Shown here: piece by piece, positions 47,143 through 58,020 of the stretch | Position numbering within the stretch: the stretch's first letter is position 1 | How the letters are laid out: each line of letters opens with the position of its first letter | Assembly: GCA_963767925.1 (NCBI GenBank) | Contig: CAVYGB010000009.1 | Span: 1 to 64,000, forward strand | DNA: 64,000 nucleotides | Source: an uncultured delta proteobacterium | GTDB lineage: Bacteria; Myxococcota_A; Polyangia; Fen-1088 | Direction of reading: 5' to 3' | Notes under the pieces: generated by a model | Databases searched by the model: none | The model's input: the letters and a program-made list of their open reading frames with translations, nothing else | Told to the model about the DNA's origin: nothing | Translations under genes and position numbers: made by a program

Positions 47143-47264
47143 CCCTTCCCCCCACGGGAACGGGAACGGGGGAACGGGGAACGGGGAACGGGAACGGCTA
47201 CGCGTCCCCGTCCCCGTATGCGTCCCCGTCCCCGCCCGCCCTGCCCTATCCCTCCGCCCCGCCG

Positions 47265-48137
47265 TCACTGCCGCGCGACGATCATCGACGACACCATATC
47301 GTTCGCGCCCCCGAGATACGCCGACGCGTGACCCGGCCCGAACGCCGCCAGCGTCAGCCCCTGATAATTCCCGTGCTCGAACATCTGCAGCGTGGTCCCC
47401 GGGCCGACCTTCACCGAAGACACAGTGTCGTTCCCCACCCCTTCCCGGAACATGGGCACATACCCGGCGGGTCCACGGGGCGCCTGGCAGGGCTGGCCCC
47501 AGCGGCACTCGATGGTCTCGAAGTCGCCTTCCTCCCAGATGGGCAGATCCTGGTCGGCCCGGTACACCTGGCAGCGCGCCCCCTCGAAGTTGGCGTCGTC
47601 CCACACCGCCACCTCACCCTCGCCCGGCTGGAAGCCCGGGTTCAGGGAGCAGTCGCCGCCGCGCACGACGATCTTGAACGAGGAGGTGGCGTCGTTCATC
47701 GCCACGTTGTTCGAGCCGTCGAGCCGGATGGCCCCGCCCTGCAGGCCGCCGTCCGCGAACAGGATCACCGAGACGTTGCCGCCGACGAGCACGGAGCTGA
47801 GGGCGTCGTTGGGGAAGAGCGACCCGTCCCAGGTCGGGTAGACGGCGGGGCCGTCGAACACCGCGCAGTGTCCCTGGAAACCGCCGTCGACGAAGAAGGC
47901 GACCTGGTCGGGGCCCGGCTGGCAGCCGGTCCGGAGCGCCCGGGTCACCACCTCGACCTGGTCGGCCGCCGGCTCGGGCGAGGGGACTTCGACCCCGGCG
48001 CCGGTTTCGTCGGGCAGCGGGCCGCAGGCGGGCAGGGCAAAGGCGAGGCAGGTGGCGAACAGGCTCGAGGTCATTCGGAGGGAGGTGGCGGTCGGCATGG
48101 TAGGCCTCCAGGTTCGAGGGGCTTGTTGAGTGGACAT
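47265..48137 (-). CDS. Exported protein with beta/gamma-crystallin (Protein S-like) motifs
   Basis: Repeated F.D..F.G and NDALSSV / NDATSSF / NDTVSSV / NDMVSSM motifs; lipobox-like ALPAC. Confidence 0.8.
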   Translation of the reverse strand: MSTQQAPRTWRPTMPTATSLRMTSSLFATCLAFALPACGPLPDETGAGVEVPSPEPAADQVEVVTRALRTGCQPGPDQVAFFVDGGFQGHCAVFDGPAVYPTWDGSLFPNDALSSVLVGGNVSVILFADGGLQGGAIRLDGSNNVAMNDATSSFKIVVRGGDCSLNPGFQPGEGEVAVWDDANFEGARCQVYRADQDLPIWEEGDFETIECRWGQPCQAPRGPAGYVPMFREGVGNDTVSSVKVGPGTTLQMFEHGNYQGLTLAAFGPGHASAYLGGANDMVSSMIVARQ

Positions 48138-48403
48138 TCCCTCCTGCTGCAAGCCCCAAGCCACGGAATCCACGGCCGGATCTTCCGCGCGCGCCGGCCC
48201 CCTGTGGTGGCGCGGCGACAGATCTTTGCCGTTTTATTCACACACCGATTCGCCGTTTATTCACACACCGGTTTCGAGGCGAGCGTCCCTCACCCGCCGC
48301 AGCTGCGGCGACCTCTCCCCGCTTCGCCCGGCGAAGTGAGGAGGCGGGTGGGACGGGGAGGGGGCAGGGAAGGGAAGGAGCGAGCGGAGCAGGGGCGCGT
48401 GCG

Positions 48404-48486
48404 GGTCAGCGGAGCTGGACGGGAAGTCGAGGGTCAGCAGGGGCTGGACGGGAAGTCGAGGGTCAGCGGAGCTGGACGGGAAGTCG
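48404..48486. repeat. Three tandem 28-29 bp copies of the serine hydrolase 3' end
   Basis: GGTCAGC(A)GG(A/G)GCTGGACGGGAAGTCG x3. Confidence 0.85.
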
Positions 48487-50172
48487 GGGGGGCGCGCTGG
48501 GCTGGCGGGCCAGGCGGAGCAGGGCGCTTTCGCCGGCGGCGCGGAAGGGGGCTTTCCCCGCGGCGGGGGGCCCGGTGGACGCCGCCATCCGGGCGGCGTG
48601 GCCGGCGCGGGTGGCGAGGTATTCGGCCTGGCCGCTGCGGTCGCGCCAGAAGGTGAGGGGGAGCTCGATCCCCTCCACCGTCAGCGAAAAGGTGTCGCGG
48701 GCGAGCTGGGTCAGCGGGTAGCGGGCGCCGTCGTCGAAGGTGGTCAGGACGAGCTGCTCGCCCTCCAGCGTGACCTCCATCAGGCCGAGGCCGAGGGCGG
48801 GGAAGCCCCCCGCGGGGATGCGGCCGTCGTAGTGTCCGACGTACCGGCCCCAGTCCGACGGCGGCGTCATCCAGTCCGGTGGGGGGATGTCCTTGGCCCC
48901 GACGAAGGTGTCGATCGCCTGGATGGCCGCGGCGATGGGCGGGTAGGCGTCGCCGTTGACCAGCATGACCACCCCGAACCGCGCCTGCGGCACCATCCAG
49001 AGGGCGGCGTGCAGCCCCGGCAGGTCGCCGGGGTGGCCCACGATGAGCCGGCCCCGGTCCGGCAACGCGAACAGCCCCAGCCCGTACACCTGCTCGGGCG
49101 GCGCCTGGGTCGAGATGGTGGGCAGCGCCATCTGCACGACCGACCAGGGGCTCAGGGCGTCGCCGCCACCGGCCAGCAGGGCCGTCACCAGCTTGCCGAG
49201 GTCGGTCACGCTGGCGTAGAGGTACCCCGGCGGCTCGGTCAGCGCGCAGCGGGTGAAGGTGGGGTCGCGCCCGTCGGCCGCGTGGGCCACGGCGTAGTCG
49301 CCCCCGGCGAGCACCTCGTCGACGTCGAAGGTGGCGGTCGCCATCCCCAGCGGCTCGAGCACCCGCCCCTCGATGAGCTCGCGAAAGGGGGCGCCGGCGG
49401 CCCGCTCGGCGGCCAGCCCGGCCAGCGAGAAGCCGAGGTTCGAATAGCTCCAGAGCCGGCCCGGCGGCGACCACAAGACCAGGTCGGGGTGGGCGTCGAA
49501 CCAGGCGCCGAGCGCGCCCGGCCCCTCGGCGCATTCCGGCTCGATGTGGTCGGGCACGCCCGCGGTGTGCGACAGCAGGCGGCGCAGGGTGAGCTGCGCG
49601 GGATCGAACGGCGGCAGCAGCCGCAGCTCGGGCAGGTAGCGGGTGACCGGGGCGTCGAGCGAGACCCGTCCCTCCTCGGTCAAGGCCATCACCATCGCCG
49701 CCACGAGCGTCTTGCTGGTGGACGCCACCCGGAACACGGTGTCGGCCCCGACCGCGTCCGCGCCGCCCGCGCGCTTGACCCCCATCCCGGTGACGAAGGC
49801 CAGCCGCCCGTCCTCGACGATCGCCAGCGCGCCCCCCGGCGTCCCCGTCCTCTCGAGCTGCCCCGCGATCCGATCCGCGAATGCCCGGTAGCGATCTTCG
49901 ACGTCCGTCGCCACCCCGCCGCGCGCTTCCCCGAGCGCGCTCACCGCCGCCACCTCGCCGCGCGCTTCCCCGAGCGCGGTCACCGCCGCCACCTCGCGGC
50001 GCGCGTTCAGCCCGGCCGCGCCTGGCGCGCCCTCTTCGCCGCCGGCGCCGCACCCGGCGCCCGCCCCGAGCAGCCCAGCGATCACCCACGAGCGCCACCC
50101 CATCAGCCGGGCCGTCGCCCCGCGGGTCTGGGTTCCTCCGGTCCGATCGATCGCGGCGCGCGGGTAGCTCAT
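48463..50172 (-). CDS. Serine hydrolase (beta-lactamase/AmpC-like family), exported
   Basis: FRVASTSK (SxxK), LLSHTAG, WSYSNLGF (YxN), GHPGD. Confidence 0.9.
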   Translation of the reverse strand: MSYPRAAIDRTGGTQTRGATARLMGWRSWVIAGLLGAGAGCGAGGEEGAPGAAGLNARREVAAVTALGEARGEVAAVSALGEARGGVATDVEDRYRAFADRIAGQLERTGTPGGALAIVEDGRLAFVTGMGVKRAGGADAVGADTVFRVASTSKTLVAAMVMALTEEGRVSLDAPVTRYLPELRLLPPFDPAQLTLRRLLSHTAGVPDHIEPECAEGPGALGAWFDAHPDLVLWSPPGRLWSYSNLGFSLAGLAAERAAGAPFRELIEGRVLEPLGMATATFDVDEVLAGGDYAVAHAADGRDPTFTRCALTEPPGYLYASVTDLGKLVTALLAGGGDALSPWSVVQMALPTISTQAPPEQVYGLGLFALPDRGRLIVGHPGDLPGLHAALWMVPQARFGVVMLVNGDAYPPIAAAIQAIDTFVGAKDIPPPDWMTPPSDWGRYVGHYDGRIPAGGFPALGLGLMEVTLEGEQLVLTTFDDGARYPLTQLARDTFSLTVEGIELPLTFWRDRSGQAEYLATRAGHAARMAASTGPPAAGKAPFRAAGESALLRLARQPSAPPRLPVQLR

Positions 50173-50412
50173 GGCTCTTCTCCTCCGTCTCTCTTCCTCT
50201 TCTCGGGCGCTCGTGACCCCTCGGTCCAGCGCGGGGCAAGCTTCCCTCACTTTTCCAGCCGGCGTTCGCCGGAATCGCCCGGTCCGCCGATCTTTGCTCG
50301 CTATTCCCTAAGCCCTGACCCGCGTCCGAACGACCGCGGGATCGCGCGCACCCCGGGGTTTTCTCGTCGGGACATGGGCATTTCCCCGCGCCCTGACGTA
50401 GAACCAGCCCCC

Positions 50413-51657
50413 ATGCCTTCCGGGCCTCCGGCCTCCGAGCGGCGGATCATCGGCCTCCTCGCCGCCGTCTCCTTCGTGAACATCCTCGACTTCATGATGG
50501 TGATGCCGCTCGGCCCCGACTTCGCCCGGGCCCTCGGGATCCCCACCTCGAACCTCGGCATCATCGGCGGCAGCTACACCGCGGCGGCGGCCGTGTCGGG
50601 GCTGGTGGCGGCGCTGTTCCTGGATCGCTTCGACCGGCGCAGCGCCCTGGCGGTGGCGATGCTGGGCCTGGTGCTCGGCACCGCGGCGGGCGGCTTCGCG
50701 GTGGGCTTGAACAGCCTGGTGGCGTCGCGGGTGGTGGCCGGCATGTTCGGCGGCCCCGCCACAACCCTGGGGCTGTCCATTCTGGCCGACGTCGTCCCCC
50801 TCGAGCGTCGCGGGCGGGCCATGGGCGCCCTGATGGGCGCCTTCTCGGCCGCCTCGGTGTTCGGCGTGCCCGCCGGCCTGCGCCTGGCCCGCATCGGCGA
50901 CTGGCGCACGCCCTTCTTCGCGGTGGCCGGGCTGGGCGTGGTGCTCGTCGTCGCCGCCATCGCCGTCATGCCGAAGCTGCGCGGCCACCTCGAGCGCACC
51001 CGGGAGGCGCCGCCCCGCGACCTCGGCGCCTTCCTGCGCGATCCCGCCGTGCGCCTCTCGATCGTCGCCACGGTGGCGGTGTTCGCCGCCGGCTTCTCGG
51101 TCATCCCCAACCTCTCGGCCTACCTGCAGCAGAACCTGGGCTATCCGCGGGCCGGCCTCGAGCTGCTCTATCTCGTGGGCGGCATCGTCAGCTTCGTGGC
51201 CATGCGGATCGGGGGGGCGGTCGTCGATCGGCGCGGGCCGGTGCTGGTGACCGCCGTCGGCACCAGCCTGCTGGTGCTGGATCTGCTGGTGGGGTTCGTG
51301 CCCCCCCGGCCCCTGGTCCCGGTGATGGTCGTGTTCGTGCTGTTCATGCTGGCCAACTCCATCCGCTCGGTGGCGCTGCACACCCTGTCGTCGCGCGTCC
51401 CCTTCCCGGCCGAGCGCGCCCGCTTCATGTCGGGGCTGTCGGCCGCGCAGCACCTGGCCGCGGCGGTGGGCGCGTTGATGTCGTCGCTGCTGCTCTCCGA
51501 GCGGCCCGATGGCACCCTGGCCGGGATGGCCACGGTGGCCCTGCTCGCCGCCGGGCTCTCCGCCACCGTCCCCTTCCTGGTGCGGGCGATCGCTCGCCGG
51601 GTGCAGGCCCGTCCGGCCGTCGTCAGCGCAGTGGCCCACACCGCCCCGGCCGCCTGA
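50413..51657 (+). CDS. MFS transporter
   Basis: FVNILDFMMVMPLGP, LDRFDRR, ERRGRAMG; multiple hydrophobic segments. Confidence 0.9.
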   Translation: MPSGPPASERRIIGLLAAVSFVNILDFMMVMPLGPDFARALGIPTSNLGIIGGSYTAAAAVSGLVAALFLDRFDRRSALAVAMLGLVLGTAAGGFAVGLNSLVASRVVAGMFGGPATTLGLSILADVVPLERRGRAMGALMGAFSAASVFGVPAGLRLARIGDWRTPFFAVAGLGVVLVVAAIAVMPKLRGHLERTREAPPRDLGAFLRDPAVRLSIVATVAVFAAGFSVIPNLSAYLQQNLGYPRAGLELLYLVGGIVSFVAMRIGGAVVDRRGPVLVTAVGTSLLVLDLLVGFVPPRPLVPVMVVFVLFMLANSIRSVALHTLSSRVPFPAERARFMSGLSAAQHLAAAVGALMSSLLLSERPDGTLAGMATVALLAAGLSATVPFLVRAIARRVQARPAVVSAVAHTAPAA

Positions 51658-51778
51658 GCCCGGCCGGTCGGGCCGGGCCCGCAATCGCCGGGTTTTGCCG
51701 CCCGGGCGAGGATTCGTCGCCCGGGCGCTCGCCGCGCGCAAACCTGGACCCATCTTGGTGGCCCAACAGGAGGGGTCC

Positions 51779-52246
51779 ATGAGCTTCAATCGTGCGAACA
51801 GCCAGGGGTCGTTGAAGAAGGCGCTGGGGGCCGGGTTTGCGGGGGCCGCCGCCCTCACCATCGCCCACGAGACGTTGCGGCGCTTCCGCTCGGACGCGCC
51901 CCGCATGGACGTGGTGGGAGGGCGAGCGCTGTCCGCGGTGTGGCGCTGGACCGGCAATCGCCCGCCCCGGGGCACGCGCCTGTACCTCGCCACCCTCGGC
52001 GCCGATTTCCTGTCGAACACCGCCTACTTCACCGGCTTTCTCCTGGGCCGCCCGCGCCACCCCTACGTCCGCCAGACCGCCGCCGGCCTCCTGGCCGGGG
52101 TGGCCGCCTTCCTGCTGCCGCCGGTGCTGCGCCTCGGCTTCGCCCCCAAGTCCTACCGCCGCAGCAACCGCCTGCTGACCATCGGCCTTTACCTGCTGGG
52201 CGGCGCCGTCGCCGCCACCGCCTTCGACCGCGCCCGCCGGGCGTAG
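51779..52246 (+). CDS. Hypothetical membrane protein
   Basis: GGAGG RBS; ALTIAHET...APRMDVVG...GADFLSNTAY, three to four hydrophobic segments. Confidence 0.7.
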   Translation: MSFNRANSQGSLKKALGAGFAGAAALTIAHETLRRFRSDAPRMDVVGGRALSAVWRWTGNRPPRGTRLYLATLGADFLSNTAYFTGFLLGRPRHPYVRQTAAGLLAGVAAFLLPPVLRLGFAPKSYRRSNRLLTIGLYLLGGAVAATAFDRARRA

Positions 52247-52259
52247 CGCGGTGGCGCGC

Positions 52260-53990
52260 TCAGCGGCGCAGCAGCCACCGGCGGGCCAGCTCGAGGCGCT
52301 GCTCGAGCTGCTTGACGGTGGCCTCGCTGACCCGGCGGATGCCGGCCTTGCGGTTCAGGTCGGCGTTCAGCTCGGCGTGCCCCTTGCCGGTGCTGTGGAC
52401 CAGCTCGCGCACCAGCTCGCTGTTGGCCTCGCGCAGCTCGCGCCGGCGGGCGAGGGCGCTCTTGGGCTTGCCGGTCGGGCCGCTGGCCGCCCCTGGCTCG
52501 TCCGGGTCGGGCAGGGGCAGCGGGGGCGGCGCCATGGCCATCGCCATCGCCTGCGCCGTCACCGGGGCCGACACCTGGGCGATACCGGGCGCGCCCGGGC
52601 CGTCGGGGGCGCCGGGGCTGCCCCACTCCGGGATGGGGTCGTCCCCACCGGCCGACTCGTCCTCGTAGATGCGCCCGGTCTGCAGCGGGCGCCCGTGCTC
52701 GTCGAGCGGCACCGCCGAGATCACCGAGAACAGCGAGAGCTGCTCCTCCAGGGCCGGCTCCTGCGCCTCCCCGTCGGCCGGCCCCTCCTCCTCGCGCGGC
52801 CGCTCCTCCTCGAGCTTGCGCAGGTTGTGGCGGCGCTGCTCGGCGATCGCCCCGGCGAAGGTGCGCAGGCGCGGATCGTCGGGGATGAACATGTAGGCCG
52901 CCTGGCGCCCGAGCCCGCTCCGCCAGCGCACCAGCCGCCCCACCGCCTGCCGGAAGAACAGCTCGGTCACGGTGTTGGTGGCGTAGACCCCGACCCGCAG
53001 CCGGGGGATGTCGACCCCCTCGGAGACCATGCGCACCGCCACCAGCCAGGGCGCTTGCCCCTCGCCGAAGGCGCTGATCTTGCTGGAGGCGTCGGGATCA
53101 TCGGAGGTGGCCACCATCGGCGCCACCCCGAGGTTCTCGTACATGATGTCGGCGATGCCGCGAGCGTGCTCCTGGTCGATGGCGATCACCAGCCCGCCCG
53201 CCCGGGGGTCGCGCTGGCGCAGGTGGCCGAGCTGGGCGTGGGCCTGCCCCAGCACCGCCGGCAGCCACTCGCCCGCCACGTCGAGCGCCGCCCGCAGCCG
53301 CTGGTTGCCGAGGTCCTTGGTCAGGCGGTCGTCGAAGGTGGCGTTGTAGTCGGAGCCGTCGGGCGCCGTCCACTCCATGTGCCCGTTGATGCGGGGGAAA
53401 TACACCGGCCGCACGACCCCCGCCTCCTCGAGCGCCTGGCCGTAGCCGTATTCGTACTGGGCGTGCGCCAGGTCGCCCTCGTAGCGCACGAAGGGGATGG
53501 TGCGCTGGTCGGAGCGGAAGGGCGTCCCCGACAGGCACAGCCGCCGCGCCGCCGGCTCGAAGGCCAGGCGCACGGCATCGCCCCAGGCCCGGCTCTCGCC
53601 GGCGTGGTGGACCTCGTCGAGGATCACCATCGCCCCCCGCACCAGCGGCCGCATGGCCGCCGGGTTGGCCGCCACCTGCTGATAGGTCACCGCCACGCCG
53701 TGGACATCGGAGGGCAACCCGCCGTACCCCGCCGACCACTCCGGGTCGAGGTGGATGTGCACCCCTTCGGCGGCGTGGGCCCACTGCCGCTTGAGGTGCT
53801 GGGTGGGGACCACCACCACCAGCCGGCGCACCCGCCCCGCCCGCAGCGCGCGCAGCACCGCCCACAGCGCGAACACCGTCTTGCCCGCGCCAGGCGTCGC
53901 CACCGCGAGGAAGCTGCTCTCCTCGCTGGCCTCGAGCCGCGCGAGCGCGTCCCGTTGCCAGGGGCGCAGGGGCAGCTCCTCGGGCGCAAC
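52260..53990 (-). CDS. SF2 DEAD/DEAH-box helicase (ResIII-like); start uncertain
   Basis: LRPWQRDAL upstream of ATPGAGKT, LDEVHH, LSGTPFRSD, VRMVSEGVDIPRL, FRQAVGR. Confidence 0.9.
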   Translation of the reverse strand, partial: VAPEELPLRPWQRDALARLEASEESSFLAVATPGAGKTVFALWAVLRALRAGRVRRLVVVVPTQHLKRQWAHAAEGVHIHLDPEWSAGYGGLPSDVHGVAVTYQQVAANPAAMRPLVRGAMVILDEVHHAGESRAWGDAVRLAFEPAARRLCLSGTPFRSDQRTIPFVRYEGDLAHAQYEYGYGQALEEAGVVRPVYFPRINGHMEWTAPDGSDYNATFDDRLTKDLGNQRLRAALDVAGEWLPAVLGQAHAQLGHLRQRDPRAGGLVIAIDQEHARGIADIMYENLGVAPMVATSDDPDASSKISAFGEGQAPWLVAVRMVSEGVDIPRLRVGVYATNTVTELFFRQAVGRLVRWRSGLGRQAAYMFIPDDPRLRTFAGAIAEQRRHNLRKLEEERPREEEGPADGEAQEPALEEQLSLFSVISAVPLDEHGRPLQTGRIYEDESAGGDDPIPEWGSPGAPDGPGAPGIAQVSAPVTAQAMAMAMAPPPLPLPDPDEPGAASGPTGKPKSALARRRELREANSELVRELVHSTGKGHAELNADLNRKAGIRRVSEATVKQLEQRLELARRWLLRR

Positions 53991-54210
53991 GTCATCCGGC
54001 GCGGTCCACCGGTTCGTCTCGGTCGGGCTGGGAATCGGTAGATCTCCTGCGTCGGTCGAAACCGAGGTTCGGTCGAAACCGAGGAATCGAGCTAATTACC
54101 GCAACCCCTCCCCCCCGTCCAGGTGATCCGATCGCGCGCCGCTCTTTTCCGGAGCGCTCCCGGCCGCGAGCGAACGCCGCGGGTGCGCCGACGTGCGATA
54201 AAATGTGATC

Positions 54211-55065
<855 letters not shown>

Positions 55066-55092
55066 CCGCCCGCCCCCCGCGCCGCCGCCAGC

Positions 55093-55614
55093 TCAGCCCG
55101 GCAGCAGCCGGATCTCGACCATCAGATCGCCGGCCAGCCGCTCGAGGCTGTCCCGCACCGCCGCCAGGTCGACGCCGGCCGGGACCGCCAGACGGGCCCG
55201 CGCCCGGAACATCATCTCCGCCGACATCGGCGCGCTCGAGCGGTCGGTGACCAGCTCCTCGACGTTGATGTGCTGGGCGGCGAGCAGCCCCGAAACCTCG
55301 CGCACCAGCCCGGGGCGATCCAGGCCCAGCAGCTCCAGCTCCATCACCTGCTGCGGCTCGACCGCCGTCGCGCTCTCGCTCGGCTCGAGCACGATGCGCA
55401 GGCCCCGCGTCTCGAGCCGGGCGAGCGCCTCGCGCAGCGAATCGGTGGCGCCCGCGGGCAGCTCCACCCGCAACACGCCCGCGAACTTGCCGGCCAGGCG
55501 GGCCATGCGGCTCTCGACCCAGTTGCCCCCGCAGGCGACGATGGCCTGGGCCACCGCCTCCACGAGGCCGGGCCGATCCGGCCCGATCAGCGTCAACACG
55601 AGATCGGTGCTCAC
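55093..55614 (-). CDS. GcvR-like double ACT-domain protein
   Basis: LTLIGPDRPGLVE, GGNWVESRMARLAGKFAG, LLGLDRPGLVRE. Confidence 0.9.
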   Translation of the reverse strand: MSTDLVLTLIGPDRPGLVEAVAQAIVACGGNWVESRMARLAGKFAGVLRVELPAGATDSLREALARLETRGLRIVLEPSESATAVEPQQVMELELLGLDRPGLVREVSGLLAAQHINVEELVTDRSSAPMSAEMMFRARARLAVPAGVDLAAVRDSLERLAGDLMVEIRLLPG

Positions 55615-57503
55615 GGCGCGCTCCGGGGCGGCGGCCCCTGCGGCACGTCGAGCGTGAGGGTGAGGTTCTGATCGGCGTCGGTCATGAAGATGTCGTAGAG
55701 CGGTGAGTAGGTGTACACCTTGATGGTACGCCCATCCGCCAGGAACTCCAGCAGCCGCATGTAGCCCTCGCCACCGAGGGGGCGGACCTGGTAGTTCGAG
55801 AGCATCTGGTGACAGGTGTTCCCCTTGTCGGTGACGCTCGCCAGGTAGCCGGTGCCGTCCCCCAGCACGTGGCCGTTCAGGGTCATCACGAAGGCGTGGC
55901 GGCGCACCAGCTTCTGCCACAGCTCCTCGCCGTCGTTGACCCCGCCGGCGGTGCCGTAGTGGTGGGGGTTGAAGCTCTGCGGGCGGGTGGTGTCCGTGAC
56001 GTCGTAGCGGAAGTCGTTGTTGTTGAGGTAGGCGTGGGTGATGAGGATGCCGTAGCGGTCGGGGTGGCGGGTCATCACGCCGTCGGCCCAGGTGACGACC
56101 GCCTCGCGCGGTCCCCACTCCAGCGCCATCACGATGTAGTCGCGGCCCCCCGCCGAGAACAGGTGGTAGGTGTTCTCCAGCCGCCCGGGCTCGAAGGCCC
56201 CGCCGAAGGTGGGCCAGGCGGCCGTGCGATCGTAAGAGAAGTACTGGTTGAGCAAGGTGTCGCGGGTGGTGGCGTTGCCCGAGGGGCCGACGTCGTGGTT
56301 CCCGGTGACGAGCGCATAGGGCACGATCCCCTCGAGCAGCCACATCGCCTCGGACGCCCGCTGCCACTCGAGCGGGCTGTTCTGATCGACGATGTCGCCG
56401 AGATGGAGCGCGTAGGCGATGCGCCGGCGCTGGGCGTTGGCCGCGATCCAGCTCGTCTGGGCGGTGTAGATGCCCGGCCAGGCCAGCGAGTAGTACTGGG
56501 TGTCAGGCAGCACCGCCAGCATGAAGGCCCCGTCGCCCAGCACGGGCTCGTTCTGCGAGGGCGTCACCGCCACCGGCGGCGCCTGCCGCCGGCACACGCC
56601 CCGCACGTACTGGTACAGGTTGGCGAAGAAGGCCCGGTTGAAGGCGTCGCGATCCGGGCCCAGCCCCCGCGACTTGTCGGCGGGGATGGCGCTCAGGAGG
56701 AAGCGGCCCTGGGCGTAGGCCCCCTCCATGAGGGCGGCGCTCCCGGCGTTGCTGTTCCCGGCCAGCAGCACCGCGAACCCCCGCTGGGTGGCGAAGGTCT
56801 CCCAGCCGAGCTGGGGGAACCGCCAGGTCAAGGTGCCGTCCGCCTCGATGGGCACCCCCGCCAGCAGCGGGTGGGACCGGTCGAGGGCGTGGAGCCGCTC
56901 GACGTCGACGTCGTTACGTTGCGCCGTCTGCGAGTTGGGCAGGAAGCCCGGCACCGCCTCGGTCTGGTCGGCCTGGGGCATCTGCAGCAGCACGTTGGCC
57001 GCGTCGACGAAGGTGTAGATGGCCCGCGCGTTCGTCGCGACGTAATCGCGGTAGGCCTGGCTCTCGCTGGCGAAGGTGCCGAAGAACAGCAGCCCCTGCA
57101 GCTCGCGGGGGTCGCGATCGAGCGGCAGCGGCTTGACCTCGAACCCGGCCTGGACCAGCAGCTCGGAGGCGTTGCCCAGCTCGCCGGTGTGCGGATCGAG
57201 GAAGTCGAACACCCAGGCGGTCGGCACCTCGGGGCAGTTGAACTGGGCGGGGTCCGGCAGCGGCGCGTCGCCGGTTCCCGGCGCGGCATCGCCCACCCCC
57301 GGAGCGGGCCCACCGTCCCGGCCCGCCCAGGGCGACTGGCCATCGCCCGTGCCCGGATAACCCGAACCGCCCACGCCGCCGGTCGGCGGAAACGGATCCG
57401 GACCGGGCAGCCCGTCGTCGTCCCCACAGGTGGCGGACGCGGCCAGGAGCAGGAGCAGGCCGATGCGGCAGGAGACCGGGAAAGGCAGCGAGGGGGCGGT
57501 CAC
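55611..57503 (-). CDS. Exported calcineurin-like metallophosphoesterase
   Basis: VLPDTQYY, HLGDIVD, VTGNHD, ITHAY, NGH; lipobox-like SATC; start inferred. Confidence 0.88.
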   Translation of the reverse strand: MTAPSLPFPVSCRIGLLLLLAASATCGDDDGLPGPDPFPPTGGVGGSGYPGTGDGQSPWAGRDGGPAPGVGDAAPGTGDAPLPDPAQFNCPEVPTAWVFDFLDPHTGELGNASELLVQAGFEVKPLPLDRDPRELQGLLFFGTFASESQAYRDYVATNARAIYTFVDAANVLLQMPQADQTEAVPGFLPNSQTAQRNDVDVERLHALDRSHPLLAGVPIEADGTLTWRFPQLGWETFATQRGFAVLLAGNSNAGSAALMEGAYAQGRFLLSAIPADKSRGLGPDRDAFNRAFFANLYQYVRGVCRRQAPPVAVTPSQNEPVLGDGAFMLAVLPDTQYYSLAWPGIYTAQTSWIAANAQRRRIAYALHLGDIVDQNSPLEWQRASEAMWLLEGIVPYALVTGNHDVGPSGNATTRDTLLNQYFSYDRTAAWPTFGGAFEPGRLENTYHLFSAGGRDYIVMALEWGPREAVVTWADGVMTRHPDRYGILITHAYLNNNDFRYDVTDTTRPQSFNPHHYGTAGGVNDGEELWQKLVRRHAFVMTLNGHVLGDGTGYLASVTDKGNTCHQMLSNYQVRPLGGEGYMRLLEFLADGRTIKVYTYSPLYDIFMTDADQNLTLTLDVPQGPPPRSAP

Positions 57504-57629
57504 CGCGGTCAGTTGTAACCCGAAATCGGGACTCTTCGCGACGGGGGCACAGGGGACAGCCCGCGTGTTACCCTCCGGCGGCGAGGGCGGCGGCGGTCTG
57601 GTACCCCCCATCTCAGGAGGCGGCAAGTC

Positions 57630-57998
57630 ATCCGCATCACAGCTCTGGGCGTCTATCCCATCGAAGACGCGCCCGACCCCTGCCATCTGATCGAGCTGCA
57701 CCTGGAGGCCGACGCTCCCGGTGAGACGCTCGATCTGCGCGCCGTCACCCAGGAGGCGGCGGGCCCCGGCATCGGGCGCTGGCAGTCGCCCTCCGAGGAG
57801 CACCTGCTCGATGCGGACGGCGAGAAGGGGGCGCTGCTCGACGCGGGGGAGGTCGCCGCGGTCACCGCGCCCGCCCGCGTCGCCTTCTTCTTTCACTTTC
57901 TCCGCTCCGATCGCCCCCTGCTGACCCCCGCCGGCCCGGTGATCCTCCCGGGAGCGGGCCCTCGTCCCGACCGCCTCCGCTTTCTCACCTACATCTGA
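57630..57998 (+). CDS. Hypothetical protein lacking a canonical start codon (missed by the ORF track)
   Basis: Open frame with high GC3: IRITALGVYPIEDAPDPCHLIELHL...RVAFFFHFLRSDRPLLTPAGPVILP...YI*; AGGAGG just upstream. Confidence 0.5.
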   Translation: MRITALGVYPIEDAPDPCHLIELHLEADAPGETLDLRAVTQEAAGPGIGRWQSPSEEHLLDADGEKGALLDAGEVAAVTAPARVAFFFHFLRSDRPLLTPAGPVILPGAGPRPDRLRFLTYI

Positions 57999-58020
57999 GC
58001 CCCCGCTCCGCTACGCCCGC

